Source: an uncultured Gammaproteobacteria bacterium
GTDB taxonomy: Bacteria > Patescibacteriota > Microgenomatia > Daviesbacterales > UBA10151
Direction of reading: 5' to 3'
Length of the DNA stretch: 64,000 bases
NCBI GenBank assembly: GCA_964387865.1
Contig: CAYLXC010000001.1
Coordinates: 50,597-114,596 of the forward strand
Of this stretch, positions 26,193-36,157 are shown one piece after another. A program made the translations under genes and the position numbers. Under the pieces are notes generated by a model. The model saw nothing but the letters and a program-made list of their open reading frames with translations, was not told where the DNA came from and did not search any database. Within the stretch, counting starts at the first letter, position 1. The number at the start of each line of letters is the position of its first letter.

Positions 26193-26494
26193 CCTAGGAA
26201 GATAGTAAGCCAGATTCTGTTTCAAGATGATAATTTATCTAATGCTCCTGATTTCGAAAATCGAGCGAGCAGCTCTTTCGGTTCTAGGATTGCAGCGGGG
26301 AGGATTGCCCGTTTCACTCCCACACCAGATGGTGCGGGATTCGTCACTGTTGCTCTAACTAGTGATTACTCATGCCGATTTACATCGACCACCCTGCTCT
26401 ACGCTGTCTGGACTTTCCTCCACGTTCATGTAAACTACGTTCGTGTAAACCGAATCGTAGTAAACTGAACGTGGTAATCATCCTTCTTCCTAGG
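26193..26494 (-). ncRNA. rnpB: RNase P RNA (bacterial type, reduced)
   Basis: The minus strand contains the P4 signature GGAGGAAAGTCC...AGGGTGG and the 3' P4 strand ACAGAATCTGGCTTAC. P1 is closed by 'cctaggaaga'/'tcttcctagg'. It lies in a 360-nt gene-free gap. The overlapping plus-strand ORF 26124-26468 is spurious. Confidence 0.75.
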
Positions 26495-26510
26495 CCCATA
26501 TATTATACAT

Positions 26511-27497
26511 CTAAACCTTCTTTTCTTCAATTATCTCTGTTGCAATAATTTGTAAAACAACTGCCATAGGCACAGCTAAAAGAGCCCCTCCAAATCCCAA
26601 AAGGCGCGAACCTACTGCAATTGCCAAAATTACAACTAAAGGGTTTAAACCAACAGCCCTTTTCATAACCTGTGGCACAATCAAATGGTTCTCAAGTTGT
26701 TGAATAACAAAATACATTGCTGTAACAGCCAAACTCAAAATTGGGGATATTGTTAATGCTATCAAAATCGAAGGAATTGCTGAAACAATTGGTCCTATTA
26801 CCGGCACTACTTCTAAAACCCCTGCAACAACAGCAAGAGGTAGAGCATATGGAATACCTAAAATAATAAGTCCTATATAAGATAAAAGGCCTATTATTAA
26901 ACTTAAAAAAAGTTGTCCTCTAAGCCATCCTCCCAATTTTTCCTCAATTCTTACTATTATTTTCTTTACCTTATCTTTTCTTCCTATAAAAAGGGATGCA
27001 AATCTCTCTTCCAAATTGTCGCGTTCTAAAAGTAAATAAAATGTCAAAACAAGAAGAAATATGATCATTAAGAAATTATCAAAAATTGATAGTGTAATTG
27101 AGAAAACATTTCCAGGTATACTGCTTAATTGTGATTGTAAAACAGATTTATCTATTGCCGCATTATTTAATAATCTGTCTAGAATTGGTGGAAGTGTTGA
27201 GAATAACTTACGTGTTTCTTCAACAAGCGGAGGTATAATTATAGCAAGTAGACTTGATAAAATCGCTATTATAATAATGTAGGTTATACCAATACCCAAA
27301 GCTTTCGGAAGCTTTAAATTTGTGAAAAATTTAACCATTGGAGATAAAGCAGACATTAAAATTAACGCCACAAATAAAATCAAAAGCAAATCTCTAATTA
27401 AAAATATTAACCAAAGTGATAAGATAAATATGGTAATAAAAATAACTGTTTTATGGGAAATGTCTATTTTTTGTATCATTAATATGGATGATACCAT
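26511..27497 (-). CDS. AI-2E family transporter (PerM/YdiK-like permease)
   Basis: Eight-TM architecture with the AI-2E pattern (N-terminal TM pair, conserved central loop). Confidence 0.75.
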   Translation of the reverse strand: MVSSILMIQKIDISHKTVIFITIFILSLWLIFLIRDLLLILFVALILMSALSPMVKFFTNLKLPKALGIGITYIIIIAILSSLLAIIIPPLVEETRKLFSTLPPILDRLLNNAAIDKSVLQSQLSSIPGNVFSITLSIFDNFLMIIFLLVLTFYLLLERDNLEERFASLFIGRKDKVKKIIVRIEEKLGGWLRGQLFLSLIIGLLSYIGLIILGIPYALPLAVVAGVLEVVPVIGPIVSAIPSILIALTISPILSLAVTAMYFVIQQLENHLIVPQVMKRAVGLNPLVVILAIAVGSRLLGFGGALLAVPMAVVLQIIATEIIEEKKV

Positions 27498-28483
27498 TTA
27501 GCAACTTTATTTTCTACTCTAGTTACAAAATCTTCCTTTGTAATATCAAACCAAACTACATCTTTTTCTTTCTTAAACCAAGCCAATTGTCTTCTAACGT
27601 ATCCATGAATTTTGTGTTGCATTTTTCTAATTAATCCTTTATCCCCCCAAATCTCCCTTATCTCCCCACTCAAATAATCTGCCAAAACTCCATACTCTAA
27701 ACCCAACTGTCTCATTCTTTTTAAGCTCAATCCACCTTTATATAGTTTTTTAGCCTCCTCAATCATCCCGATTCTATCTACCACCCTATCATCCACTCTT
27801 TTATACAAAAGCTGCCGTGGAGCAGTTAAGCCAATCTTCAGCGTATTTGACAAACTGCGTACAATTTTTAAACGCAGTTTGTCATCCTGAGCGAGTCCCG
27901 AGTTTATCGAGGGACGAGTCGAAGGATCTCCTTTATGATTTGATAATGCCAGTTCTATTGCCCTCACTAACCTCCTGGGGTTTTTCCTATCTGAAGAATT
28001 CATCTTTTGCCACTTTCCTAAGGAAAGTTCCCGAAGTTTTCGCTGCAATTTATCTAAAGATAATTTCTCAAGTCTCTTTCTTAATTTTTTATCCACTGGA
28101 ATCACTAAATTTGATAAACCATAAAGGATCGCCTTAAGATATAACCCTGTTCCACCAACAATAATTGGAAGTTTTCCTCTTTTTATAATCTTCTGTATCG
28201 CCCTGCGAGCATCCTTAACATAGTCGGCCACACTATATTGTTTTTTCGGATCAACCAAATCATACATCCAGATTTTTACACCATCGACTACCCAGTATCC
28301 ATTCCCTTTGACATTTCCTCCATGTTTCGAGATTATTCCAGGCAACTTCCCAGTGCCGATATCTAAGCCTTTATATACCTGCCGTGAATCACAAGCTACG
28401 AGCTCACCATCAAATCTTTTGGCCAACTTCAGTGCCAGATCTGTTTTCCCTGTTGCAGTTGGACCTAAAATAACAAGTATCAT
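27479..28483 (-). CDS. miaA: tRNA dimethylallyltransferase
   Basis: P-loop GPTATGKT, DSRQVYKGLDIGTGK. Carries an in-frame copy of repeat family A (27846-27933). Confidence 0.85.
   Translation of the reverse strand: MILVILGPTATGKTDLALKLAKRFDGELVACDSRQVYKGLDIGTGKLPGIISKHGGNVKGNGYWVVDGVKIWMYDLVDPKKQYSVADYVKDARRAIQKIIKRGKLPIIVGGTGLYLKAILYGLSNLVIPVDKKLRKRLEKLSLDKLQRKLRELSLGKWQKMNSSDRKNPRRLVRAIELALSNHKGDPSTRPSINSGLAQDDKLRLKIVRSLSNTLKIGLTAPRQLLYKRVDDRVVDRIGMIEEAKKLYKGGLSLKRMRQLGLEYGVLADYLSGEIREIWGDKGLIRKMQHKIHGYVRRQLAWFKKEKDVVWFDITKEDFVTRVENKVAKWYHPY
27846..27933 (+). repeat. repeat family A copy inserted in-frame inside miaA
   Basis: 'tatttgacaaactgcgtacaatttttaaacgcagtttgtcatcctgagcgag...gacgagtcgaaggatctcc' has the same module order as the ribosomal-operon copies. 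It encodes the miaA-specific segment ...PSINSGLAQDDKLRLKIVRSLSNTLKIGL... Confidence 0.7.
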
Positions 28484-28486
28484 TAA

Positions 28487-29125
28487 CTATTTCTTCAAAA
28501 GAAATGAAACCTCCATTCCTAAATGAGAAAAATGTTTTCTTATTATTTTGAATCCCACCTTTTTGATTATTTGTTCCAGCTCATCATGATGAAAAGGATG
28601 AACATGAGCATCCTGCCAAACTTTACCTTTAGTTTTTTCCCAAATCCACCAAACAAAACGGAAAAGTAAGCTTCCCGAATCCATTGCCACAACAATCATT
28701 CCATCATTTTTAGAAACCCTTTTTAATTCTCGTAAAACCTTATCGGGATTTTTAACATGTTCAATTGTTTCATAACAAATTATCAGATCAAAAAAATTAT
28801 TTTCAAAAGGGAGTCTGTGAGCATCTGCTTTTATAAAATTAATATGGGGATACATTTTTTTACCAAACCTGACAGCATCTTTATAAACATCAACTCCTAT
28901 TATTTCACTTTTAGGAAATACTTTGGAAATTTTATTTGTTAATGTTCCCGATGCACATCCTACATCGAGTATTTTTCCAAAATTCCTATTATTTACTATA
29001 TTCTTAAAGGCTGTAATTTTTTTGTTATGCCATAGTCTCTGTAAAATATTATTCGTAATTCCTCTTTCATAATAATCTACAGGTACTTGTTGCCAAATTT
29101 CTGTAAGTTTTTTATTGTTCTTCAT
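28487..29125 (-). CDS. class I SAM-dependent methyltransferase
   Basis: Motif I LDVGCASGTLT and motif II/post-I acidic residues. Confidence 0.7.
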   Translation of the reverse strand: MKNNKKLTEIWQQVPVDYYERGITNNILQRLWHNKKITAFKNIVNNRNFGKILDVGCASGTLTNKISKVFPKSEIIGVDVYKDAVRFGKKMYPHINFIKADAHRLPFENNFFDLIICYETIEHVKNPDKVLRELKRVSKNDGMIVVAMDSGSLLFRFVWWIWEKTKGKVWQDAHVHPFHHDELEQIIKKVGFKIIRKHFSHLGMEVSFLLKK

Positions 29126-29147
29126 TTTGTAAATAGTTTAAAATTAT

Positions 29148-30383
29148 TTACATTGTATAAAGATGAAACTTATTTATAGTGATTGTTCCCCAAAAATTTA
29201 TAATAATGCTTAAAATTAATAATATATAAGCAATTTTTGAAGGCTTTTTACCTAAACCAATGGCCACTAAGATTAATAAAAATGGCATGAAATCCTGGGC
29301 AAAACGATAACCAAATTGAGAAAAACCAACGCCAGCCCATTGGATCACTACTAATAGAGCAGATATTATCGCCAAAGTACAACTAATCATCAAAAGAGAT
29401 TTTTTTGCTTTAAAAATATAAATTAGTAGAGGACTTGTAAACCAAATAGCAGTAGCATACAAGGAAGGAATAAAGTAAGGAGCTTGCTCACTTAGTTTAG
29501 GTACTCTAAAAAAAAGTGCATCAATATGGCGAGGAATATAGCTTATACTCATGTAAACTCCATTAACTACTGTGTTTGTATCAACATTTTGAATTAAATT
29601 ATAAGGCGCTAATGGACTGAAATTTCCAAATCTTAAAAAATTATAAAAAGCATCTATTAAAATAAAAAATGCTACACCAAAACTTAACTTAATAAAGTCA
29701 ACAATTTTTTCCTTACTAATCGGCCAAAATTTTTCATATAAATAGAGGTGGAAGAAAGGGATGGTAAATAAAACTGAAGTCCTTGCCCAAAATGAAGCCC
29801 CCAAAAGTAATCCAACTAAAATTAATCTTTTTTTTGTACAAGTTTCAATTAATGCTGAAAGCAAAAAGAATAAAGCAACAATATGCGCCAAATACCAGGA
29901 TGAACCAACGCTTGAAAGAAAGTAATGATTTGTGCCGAATGCAAAAAATACCGCCATAAAAACTGCTAGATGTTGAGAAAAATTTAACTTTTTAATTAAC
30001 AAATAAACTAATACCACATTAATACTACCTAAAGTTATAGAGAATACAGTTTCGGAAAAGAACTCACCAAAGATATAAACAAAAGGTGTCATAATAATTG
30101 CAGGCATTGGAGGAAGCGCAACGAAATACTTCCCATCAACAGGAATTAGTTCATTTAACCAGGATGGACTCTCGCTTGTATATAATTTAAAATGGATAAA
30201 ACCTTCAGAAAGTCGTGTAAAATAATCGTATGGGGTTTCACCAGGAGAAGATAAAAAATATATAAAGCAAGTTATGACAAATAAAAAAATAGCAGTTTTA
30301 ATTTCTTTATTAACTAACATAAAATTTCTGCTTCTAGTCGGTTTGATTTTCCGCCTTGTTTTTTCAATTCTACCAGGATTCAA
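29148..30383 (-). CDS. polytopic membrane protein, putative GT-C-fold glycosyltransferase (start probably ATG at 30320)
   Basis: About 10 TM segments. It overlaps the divergent gene at its 5' end. The table start is TTG; an internal ATG (MLVNKEIK) is more plausible. Confidence 0.5.
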   Translation of the reverse strand: MNPGRIEKTRRKIKPTRSRNFMLVNKEIKTAIFLFVITCFIYFLSSPGETPYDYFTRLSEGFIHFKLYTSESPSWLNELIPVDGKYFVALPPMPAIIMTPFVYIFGEFFSETVFSITLGSINVVLVYLLIKKLNFSQHLAVFMAVFFAFGTNHYFLSSVGSSWYLAHIVALFFLLSALIETCTKKRLILVGLLLGASFWARTSVLFTIPFFHLYLYEKFWPISKEKIVDFIKLSFGVAFFILIDAFYNFLRFGNFSPLAPYNLIQNVDTNTVVNGVYMSISYIPRHIDALFFRVPKLSEQAPYFIPSLYATAIWFTSPLLIYIFKAKKSLLMISCTLAIISALLVVIQWAGVGFSQFGYRFAQDFMPFLLILVAIGLGKKPSKIAYILLILSIIINFWGTITINKFHLYTM

Positions 30384-31512
30384 AATTGATGTCGATGCAT
30401 GGTTTGCTTGGGCGCAAAGATTGAATCAGGTAGGGTTACAAAACTTTTACTCTGATCAAATTTGGACAAATTATACTCCTGGATATTTATATATTTTATA
30501 TTTTTTGGGTTGGGTTAAGAATTTGTTTAATATAAATGATGCTCAATTTTATTTTATATTAAAATTGCCCTCGATTCTTGCAGAAATAATATTAGGGTTA
30601 TTTATATATAAGATAATTAGTAAAAAATCCTACATTTGGGCAAAGGTTGCTACAGCATCAGTTTTGTTAAACCCTGTCTTTATTTTTAACAGTGCAATTT
30701 GGGGACAAATAGATGGATTTTTTAGTTTGATACTCCTTTTAACGATTTATTTTTTAGTCGAAAAAGAATTAATTTTATCTTCTATATCATTTGGGTTGGC
30801 ATTCTTAATAAAACCTCAGGCAATTGCAATAATACCTATCTTGATTCTTTTCCTTATTAAAAATTTCAGTTATAAAAATGTTTTAAAATTAGTTTTCCCA
30901 ATCATTTTAGTTATATTCATTTTGCCATCACCCTTTTTTATAGATCAACCTTTCACAGGAATTATTCAACTATTTTCTAAGATGTTATCCGATTATTCCT
31001 ACATTTCTCTTTTTGCCTATAATTTTTGGGGGGGGATAGGGTTTTGGGTTCTCGACGATAAATATTGGAATAATTTATCTTACCAAAATTGGGGATACAT
31101 TTTATTCGTGATATATTGGTCCATCATTACATATTTCTATTTTAAAAAGAAGTTATCACTCTTTTCTTTAGCAGCTCTTGCTACTTTAAGTTTTTATTTT
31201 TTACCAACCCGTATCCACGAAAGATACTTATATCCTGCTATTGTTTTCTTAATAATTTATTCTTTTTCAATTAAATCCAAACTGCTAATAATACTAACAA
31301 CCGTTTTATCAATTATTCATTTCTTAAATCTTTACTATGTTTATGTTTATTACAATGAATTTTATCTAAAATTACCAAAAACACTCTATATTCCAATCTT
31401 GTATAATTTCTTAGATACAAACGGAAAACTTTTGTCTATTGTTTCCACAGCTCTTTTTGTTTTAATAAGCATTAGTATAATAAAATCACAAAATGAAAAT
31501 AAAAAATCTTAG
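30274..31512 (+). CDS. polytopic membrane protein, putative GT-C-fold glycosyltransferase (PIG-V/DUF2029-like pattern)
   Basis: Multiple TM segments with conserved periplasmic-loop aromatic/acidic residues (IDVDAWFAWAQRL). Confidence 0.5.
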   Translation: MTNKKIAVLISLLTNIKFLLLVGLIFRLVFSILPGFKIDVDAWFAWAQRLNQVGLQNFYSDQIWTNYTPGYLYILYFLGWVKNLFNINDAQFYFILKLPSILAEIILGLFIYKIISKKSYIWAKVATASVLLNPVFIFNSAIWGQIDGFFSLILLLTIYFLVEKELILSSISFGLAFLIKPQAIAIIPILILFLIKNFSYKNVLKLVFPIILVIFILPSPFFIDQPFTGIIQLFSKMLSDYSYISLFAYNFWGGIGFWVLDDKYWNNLSYQNWGYILFVIYWSIITYFYFKKKLSLFSLAALATLSFYFLPTRIHERYLYPAIVFLIIYSFSIKSKLLIILTTVLSIIHFLNLYYVYVYYNEFYLKLPKTLYIPILYNFLDTNGKLLSIVSTALFVLISISIIKSQNENKKS

Positions 31513-32707
31513 CCCGAAAAAAATATTAATTCTAATTTTACTGCTGACAACATTTTTACGACTATTCCGTTTGGATTTTCCAAATAAATATATTTTTGAT
31601 GAGGTTTACCACGCATTTACTGCCAAAGAATATTTAGCCTGGCATAAAGAGGCTTGGGAATGGTGGACAACACCTCCTCCTGGAGTTGCTTATGAATGGA
31701 CCCACCCTCCTTTAGCAAAAGAAATCATGGCAATTTCTATGTTTACTCTGCATTCCCAAGATGGATGGGCATGGCGTTTACCTGGAGCATTACTTGGAGT
31801 TTTATCAGTTTATATAGTTTATCTTTTGGGTATTAAATTGCTAAATAACCAACTAGCAGCATTAATTGCGGCATTTGTATTTTCCATAGATGGATTAAAT
31901 TTTGTCCAATCAAGAACTGGCATGAATGATATTTATTTTGTCACCTTCATGCTATGTAGTTTACTACTTTTGCTAAATAAAAAGTTTCTACTTTCTTCTA
32001 TTTTTCTAGGACTTGCCATATCAGGCAAGTGGGCCGCAGTCTACACCTATTTAATAATAGTACCGCTTATACTTTTGTATCATAAGTATTTGCAGATTTT
32101 ATATTTTATTGCAGTTCCTATTATCGTTTACTTAATAATCTACATCCCATTTTTCCTACAAGGACACGGTTTAGAACAATTTATCCATCTTCAACAGCAA
32201 ATGTGGTGGTATCATACAAATTTGAAAGCAACTCATGGATATTCTTCACCTTGGTGGTCATGGCCTCTAAATTTATATCCTGTTTGGTATTTTGTAGATT
32301 ACCAAAAAAATAACATTGCCAATATTTTTGCATCCGGTAATCCTGTTATTTTTTGGTTAGGATTCGTATCAATTGCCTTAACTTCTTGGGAAGCAGTTAA
32401 GAAAAGATCAAAAAATTTGATGATCATTCTCTTAGGATTTTTTATTTTCTGGTTACCCTGGGCAATTTCTCCCAGGATCATGTTTTTATATCATTATTCC
32501 CCATCTGTCCCTTTTATGTGTTTGAGCTTAGGATATTTATTAAGTTCTATTCTTAAAGATAGAGAACGTCAAAAATTCTTAATTATTCTGCTTACTTTGT
32601 GTATACTTTCCTTTATTTTAATTTATCCATTTTTAACAGCCATTCCAATTCCTAGAGAAATGGTTAAAATTTTCTTTTCAACAAACCTAGGTAAAAATCC
32701 TTTTTAA
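31493..32707 (+). CDS. GT39-family (PMT-like) phospholipid-carrier-dependent glycosyltransferase
   Basis: N-terminal loop motif FDEVYHAFTAKEYLAWH (DE motif of PMT/GT39) and a multi-TM body. Confidence 0.7.
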   Translation: MKIKNLSPKKILILILLLTTFLRLFRLDFPNKYIFDEVYHAFTAKEYLAWHKEAWEWWTTPPPGVAYEWTHPPLAKEIMAISMFTLHSQDGWAWRLPGALLGVLSVYIVYLLGIKLLNNQLAALIAAFVFSIDGLNFVQSRTGMNDIYFVTFMLCSLLLLLNKKFLLSSIFLGLAISGKWAAVYTYLIIVPLILLYHKYLQILYFIAVPIIVYLIIYIPFFLQGHGLEQFIHLQQQMWWYHTNLKATHGYSSPWWSWPLNLYPVWYFVDYQKNNIANIFASGNPVIFWLGFVSIALTSWEAVKKRSKNLMIILLGFFIFWLPWAISPRIMFLYHYSPSVPFMCLSLGYLLSSILKDRERQKFLIILLTLCILSFILIYPFLTAIPIPREMVKIFFSTNLGKNPF

Positions 32708-33501
32708 GATGAGGCTGATGAATAACTTCTTAAAGACCAATTCCATACTCTTAATGAAAGATAAAATATAGCAATTGAAAAAATCACTGCATAAATTATT
32801 AAGTAAGGATTTAACAAACCCAATAAGGCCTTAGTTGGAAAGCTCATCATTATTCCTACAGGTATAACAAATGTCAAAAATCCCCTTAAAGGTTCTCTAT
32901 AAATATCTATGGGGAATCTTCCCATTCCAACAATATCTCTATACATCATTATTGCATGATCTATTTCCGTTGTTACCACAGCCAGTGACAAAACTAGAAT
33001 ATGAAAAGATAATGCAATTAAAAAGGCACAAGAAATTAAGATAATATAGATAAAAATATTAACTGGATTAATTAAATTCAACTTGTCCATAAAAAATATA
33101 ATTGCAAAAATTAATGGGAAAAGCGTAATAAAATCCATAACATCCGGCCCCCCGAAAAGAGAACGAAATAAAACATTAACAGGTCTTATAAGATAGAAAT
33201 CAAAATTTCCACTAACAACCGCTTGTCTAAAACGGTATACTTCACGAAACAAAAGTTGGGCTAAAATATCCACCAGATTAAAAGATAAAAAGAAAAAAAT
33301 TGTCTGATCCAAACTATATCCTGCTAAAACTTTAGTTTTTCCAACTAATATGATAATAAAAAACGTGTATACCCCAAATCTTAAAATTTTTCCAAGTAAA
33401 AAAATAATTAGAGCAAATCGAACAGAAATTTGTGTTTGAAATCCATTTATTGCAAAACGCAGCCATATTTTAAAATATTTTTTTGCCAATTTAATAACCA
33501 T
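32704..33501 (-). CDS. ABC-2 family transporter permease
   Basis: Six-TM ABC-2 pattern. In an operon with the ABC ATPase. Confidence 0.6.
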   Translation of the reverse strand: MVIKLAKKYFKIWLRFAINGFQTQISVRFALIIFLLGKILRFGVYTFFIIILVGKTKVLAGYSLDQTIFFFLSFNLVDILAQLLFREVYRFRQAVVSGNFDFYLIRPVNVLFRSLFGGPDVMDFITLFPLIFAIIFFMDKLNLINPVNIFIYIILISCAFLIALSFHILVLSLAVVTTEIDHAIMMYRDIVGMGRFPIDIYREPLRGFLTFVIPVGIMMSFPTKALLGLLNPYLIIYAVIFSIAIFYLSLRVWNWSLRSYSSASS

Positions 33502-34285
33502 AAGCAGTATATTTTCTTAAGCCAGCCTGCAAAATTTTAATCATAAAATACCAGGAAACCAAAACCCAAATACATAAAATAGAAAACCCATAAAATACCT
33601 GCTCCAAAGGAAGATTTCCCAGATAAATTTTGGCAGGAAAGTAAATAAAATAGGGAAATGGGGTCAAAAGCAAAATATCTGCAATACGCTCAGGTAAAAT
33701 ATCTATGGGAAAAAGTCCGCCTCCAAATCCCTCCAAAAGTATGCTCATTAAAAATAACGGACCCCAGGCATTTTCAACCCAGAAAGCTAACATACTTATG
33801 ATAAAAGCTATGGCAAAATATAAAAGAAGTCCCAGGAGAATTGACAAAGTGAAAAATATTAATACATTAGGTTCACGCTGAAATATAATGTTAGGTTTTA
33901 AAAGAATTACTAGTAAAGTTATTTCAACCAATACAAATAAAATATTTAGTAATTTATCGGCCAAATCTCTTGAAAAATAGTATTGGATAAATCCCAAAGG
34001 TTTGACTAAAAAATTAACTATCGAGCCCTCATTAATTTGTCCTGCTAGATCAATCGCTCTTGAAGAAAGTATAATTGCCCTTATTAGGCTTGAAACCAAA
34101 ATATATGTAAGAATTGAGGCTTTTGTATATCCAAAAACTTCAGTCTGTGATTGAAAAACACTCCACCATATAAAGTAGACCAAAAGTAACTGTAAAACTG
34201 ACCTGACTCTCCAAAGAAAAAAATTTAGTCTGTAGATCAAACCCTGTTCCCAGGATATTTTAAATACTGCTAAATATTTATTCAT
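33491..34285 (-). CDS. ABC-2 family transporter permease
   Basis: Six-TM ABC-2 pattern, paralogous to the downstream permease. Confidence 0.6.
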   Translation of the reverse strand: MNKYLAVFKISWEQGLIYRLNFFLWRVRSVLQLLLVYFIWWSVFQSQTEVFGYTKASILTYILVSSLIRAIILSSRAIDLAGQINEGSIVNFLVKPLGFIQYYFSRDLADKLLNILFVLVEITLLVILLKPNIIFQREPNVLIFFTLSILLGLLLYFAIAFIISMLAFWVENAWGPLFLMSILLEGFGGGLFPIDILPERIADILLLTPFPYFIYFPAKIYLGNLPLEQVFYGFSILCIWVLVSWYFMIKILQAGLRKYTAYGY

Positions 34286-34288
34286 AAA

Positions 34289-34618
34289 TCACGAGGATTT
34301 ACCAAAAATCCAGGGAGTGTTTGTTTTAATCTTTCTAGAAATTCCCGACTTTTGTAATGCTCCACGTAAATTCCCCTTCTCAAGCATTCTGGCAACCCTT
34401 ACAACCGTATCTGTTCCAACTTTCACTTGTTTGGCAATATTTCTTATTGATAAACCATCTTCCAATAAATTAACAATTTGGAATCTGTTTTTGAGCATCC
34501 GAAGTTCTGAATGGGTTAGCAGTTGTCTTAAAATTTCATCTGGTATATGTAAATTAATATCTCTTTTAGGTTTAGCCATGTATGGATTCATAGTGACACA
34601 TGCAATAGAAAGTGTCAA
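34289..34618 (-). CDS. TrpR/YerC-YecD family HTH protein
   Basis: HTH region LSIRNIAKQVKVGTDTVVRV and size (109 aa) match YerC/YecD Trp-repressor-like proteins. Confidence 0.55.
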   Translation of the reverse strand: MTLSIACVTMNPYMAKPKRDINLHIPDEILRQLLTHSELRMLKNRFQIVNLLEDGLSIRNIAKQVKVGTDTVVRVARMLEKGNLRGALQKSGISRKIKTNTPWIFGKSS

Positions 34619-35595
34619 GTAGTTTTACCGCTGCTAAAAATTTTGCGAATAATTTCTTCTATAGCCGGATCTTCAATAGTTAAATCTGCAACATCAAAAT
34701 TAGATAGGAGACTACTTGTTATCTCAGATATCTTACTTTTTTTAACCTGAATCTTAGCATGAAATCCATCAAACTCCTCTAAATTACCAAAGCTCCTTAA
34801 CTTTCCTCTTTCGATTTCTTTTTCAAAATCAATATTTATTACCTTAAATGGTGCATACCTTTGAACAATTTTTTCCAAAGACCCATCATATAAAATCTTC
34901 CCCTCATTGATGATAATGATCCTTTTACAAAGAGCCTTAACATCGCCCATATAATGGGATGTTAGAATAATCGTCGCCTTAAACCTTTGATTATATTCTT
35001 TTATAAAATCCCTCATAGTTTTTTGTGCAACCACATCCAACCCAATTGTTGGCTCATCCAAAAATAAAACTTTGGGGGAGTGAAGTAAGGCTGCTACCAG
35101 CTCACATTTCATCCTTTGTCCTAAAGACAATTTTCTAACCTGGATTTTAAGGATATCCTCAATATCAAGCATCTCTGATAATTCCTTCACCACTTTTTTA
35201 AATCTATCTTCCCCTATCTCATAAATTTCTTTATTTAAAATAAAACTTTCCCAAGGAGGTAAATCCCACCAAAGTTGATTTTTCTGACCCATAATTAAAG
35301 AAAATTGCTTTTGAAATTCAGCTTGCCTTTTAAATGGATCAAAGCCCAAAACTTTTACTTCTCCAGAGGTAGGATACAAAAGTCCGGATAGTACTTTCAA
35401 AGTAGTTGTCTTACCAGCGCCATTAGGACCAATAAATCCAATTAATTCTCCTTCATTAATTTCAAAAGAAATATTATCAACTGCCTTTACGTCATAATAT
35501 TTACGAGAAAATAAGGATTTAATAGATCCCCAAAAACCCGGTTCTTTCTGATGAATACTGTAATATTTCTTTAAGTTTTTAACTGAAACAGCCAC
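34615..35595 (-). CDS. ABC transporter ATP-binding protein
   Basis: Walker A GPNGAGKTTT, signature LSLGQRMK, and Walker B LFLDEPT. Confidence 0.85.
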   Translation of the reverse strand: MAVSVKNLKKYYSIHQKEPGFWGSIKSLFSRKYYDVKAVDNISFEINEGELIGFIGPNGAGKTTTLKVLSGLLYPTSGEVKVLGFDPFKRQAEFQKQFSLIMGQKNQLWWDLPPWESFILNKEIYEIGEDRFKKVVKELSEMLDIEDILKIQVRKLSLGQRMKCELVAALLHSPKVLFLDEPTIGLDVVAQKTMRDFIKEYNQRFKATIILTSHYMGDVKALCKRIIIINEGKILYDGSLEKIVQRYAPFKVINIDFEKEIERGKLRSFGNLEEFDGFHAKIQVKKSKISEITSSLLSNFDVADLTIEDPAIEEIIRKIFSSGKTT

Positions 35596-35800
35596 ACGTT
35601 AATGGTAGCATTTTACTAAAGAAGTGATCAATAACCGTATGGAGAGGATACACCTTGGCGCATGAAGAAATAGTAAACAAATATATAGATTATCCCACCA
35701 ACTATAATATAAATTAAAACCCACTGCCACAACGGCCTTTTACCATAACCTGCCATAATATTAGTGAACCACCAATAAGGAGAGCTTGTCAATATCTAAT

Positions 35801-36073
35801 TTATTTAATAAGTCTTTTTAATGTTTTCCCGGCTGTAAATCCCGGAGTTTTTTTGTTGGGGATTTGAATTGTTTCCCCTGTTTGAGGATTACGTCCACGG
35901 CGTGCTGCCCTTGATCTTATAAGAAAAGTCCCAAAACCAGTTATAACAACCTTTTCTCCTCTTACCAACCCATCCCTTACTAAATTAAATGTAGAATTTA
36001 CAGCATCAGCTGCTGCTCTTTTAGTTAAATTAGCCTTCTTAGCTACCTTTTCAATAAGCTCGTTTTTTGTCAT
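35801..36073 (-). CDS. hup: HU-family DNA-binding protein
   Basis: MTKNELIEKVAK...GFGTF...RNPQTGE, the canonical HU/IHF fold. 90 aa. Confidence 0.85.
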   Translation of the reverse strand: MTKNELIEKVAKKANLTKRAAADAVNSTFNLVRDGLVRGEKVVITGFGTFLIRSRAARRGRNPQTGETIQIPNKKTPGFTAGKTLKRLIK

Positions 36074-36157
36074 GCCACTAAATTACCAGAAGTTTTACCT
36101 TTTGTAAAGCCCCAAAATAAACTTGTCAGGCAGCTTGAATTAATCTAAACTGAAATA

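Noticed and set aside
26124-26468. 114-aa plus-strand ORF between comM and the permease
   Set aside because: The region is better explained as RNase P RNA on the opposite strand (P4 signature strands and P1 closure).
35628-35756. 42-aa hydrophobic ORF (MAGYGKRPLWQWVLIYIIVGGIIYIFVYYFFMRQGVSSPYGY) in the hup / ABC-operon spacer, minus strand
   Set aside because: It has no SD. The nearest TTGACA is 23 nt from a -10-like TAATAT, which is too far. It could equally be the leader or promoter region of the ABC operon, so the evidence is insufficient.
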